A program made the translations under genes and the position numbers. From Amoebidium appalachense (Eukaryota; Protista; Ichthyosporea): a stretch of DNA of 64,000 nucleotides. Position 1 is the stretch's first letter; each line of letters opens with the position of its first letter. The DNA is taken from contig CAVNZM010000002.1 in assembly GCA_963693365.1 (NCBI GenBank), forward strand, positions 14,789,615 to 14,853,614, given 5' to 3'. A model generated the notes under the pieces. That model saw only the letters and a program-made list of their open reading frames with translations. It did not search any database and was not told the DNA's origin. Of this stretch, positions 63,317 through 64,000 are shown piece after piece.

Positions 63317-64000
63317 TCCGCGACGAAACCCCCCTTCCCCCCTTTCCCCCCACCCACCCAACCACACACACATACTTTCCCCCCCACCCACCCAACCACA
63401 CACACATACAGACGACAACACGCTCCAGTCAGCACAATCTGCAGGTGCACTATTGGAGAGCCCCTCAGCAGGCAGTCTCCTAGGGCCTAGACTCACTGCA
63501 CCCAAGGCTGTGAGGTCAATCTCATGTGATGCTATCAGGTAGATCACACACTACCCTGTGGCATTAATAACCATACCCTATTTCCACCCTTCCCATATGA
63601 TGCTCTCATTGCGCGATTCCCCACCCCCGTTTTCCACTTCCTCATGTGATGCTACTAGGTAGAACACATGCCATCCACACACACTTATCCTGTGCTTGCT
63701 ATTTCAACGCTGCCTAGACACCCTCTCTCACCCTCGTTCCATGTCCATTTTAGCTGTTGCATTAGTGTCCATTTCGTAGCCTAAACACACCACAGTGGAA
63801 TGGTGTGCTTTTTTCTGCAGCTGTCTTAGGTCTTCAGGCAGAGCAGAACATGACCAATCATGCTCTTCTCCCTCCTCAACCCCCTCCTTACTCGTTCATC
63901 CTTCCCTTCCTGCCTCCTTCCTAACTCCACTCCCTTTCCCTCCTTTTCCAAGCACTCCATGCAACGATTTTGCAGTCCCTGATCCTTTCCCCCTCCCCCC

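Overview
Eukaryotic genomic DNA whose introns and intergenic spacers are saturated with poly-C/poly-G, (CA)n/(GT)n and (GA)n/(CT)n tracts; most ORF-track entries are artefacts of these tracts. The gene content (animal/fungal-type HSF, ABHD6-like hydrolase, REM-RA-CDC25 RasGEF, class C GPCR-like protein) points to a unicellular opisthokont, possibly a holozoan protist (inference). Genes reconstructed by hand from GT-AG junctions: a frameshifted LRR-like gene (1-972), Mpv17/PMP22 (-), a 9-exon alpha/beta hydrolase (+), HSF (+), an intronless 8-TM class C GPCR-like gene (-), a ~12-exon RasGEF (+) and a coiled-coil gene (-). Also present: LINE fragments, a TIR-bounded MITE and CArG-core minisatellites. 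The main observation is a dispersed ~150-240 nt element lying mostly in introns in sense orientation (copies at 19.4, 20.8, 40.9, 51.5 and 60.0 kb). It carries all hammerhead-ribozyme core motifs (GUU, CUGANGA, GAAA) with covarying stems, but its three strands are in an order matching none of hammerhead types I, II or III, and a canonical kink-turn caps stem III. It is a candidate new ribozyme topology carried by a SINE-like repeat, based on hand folding only and untested.
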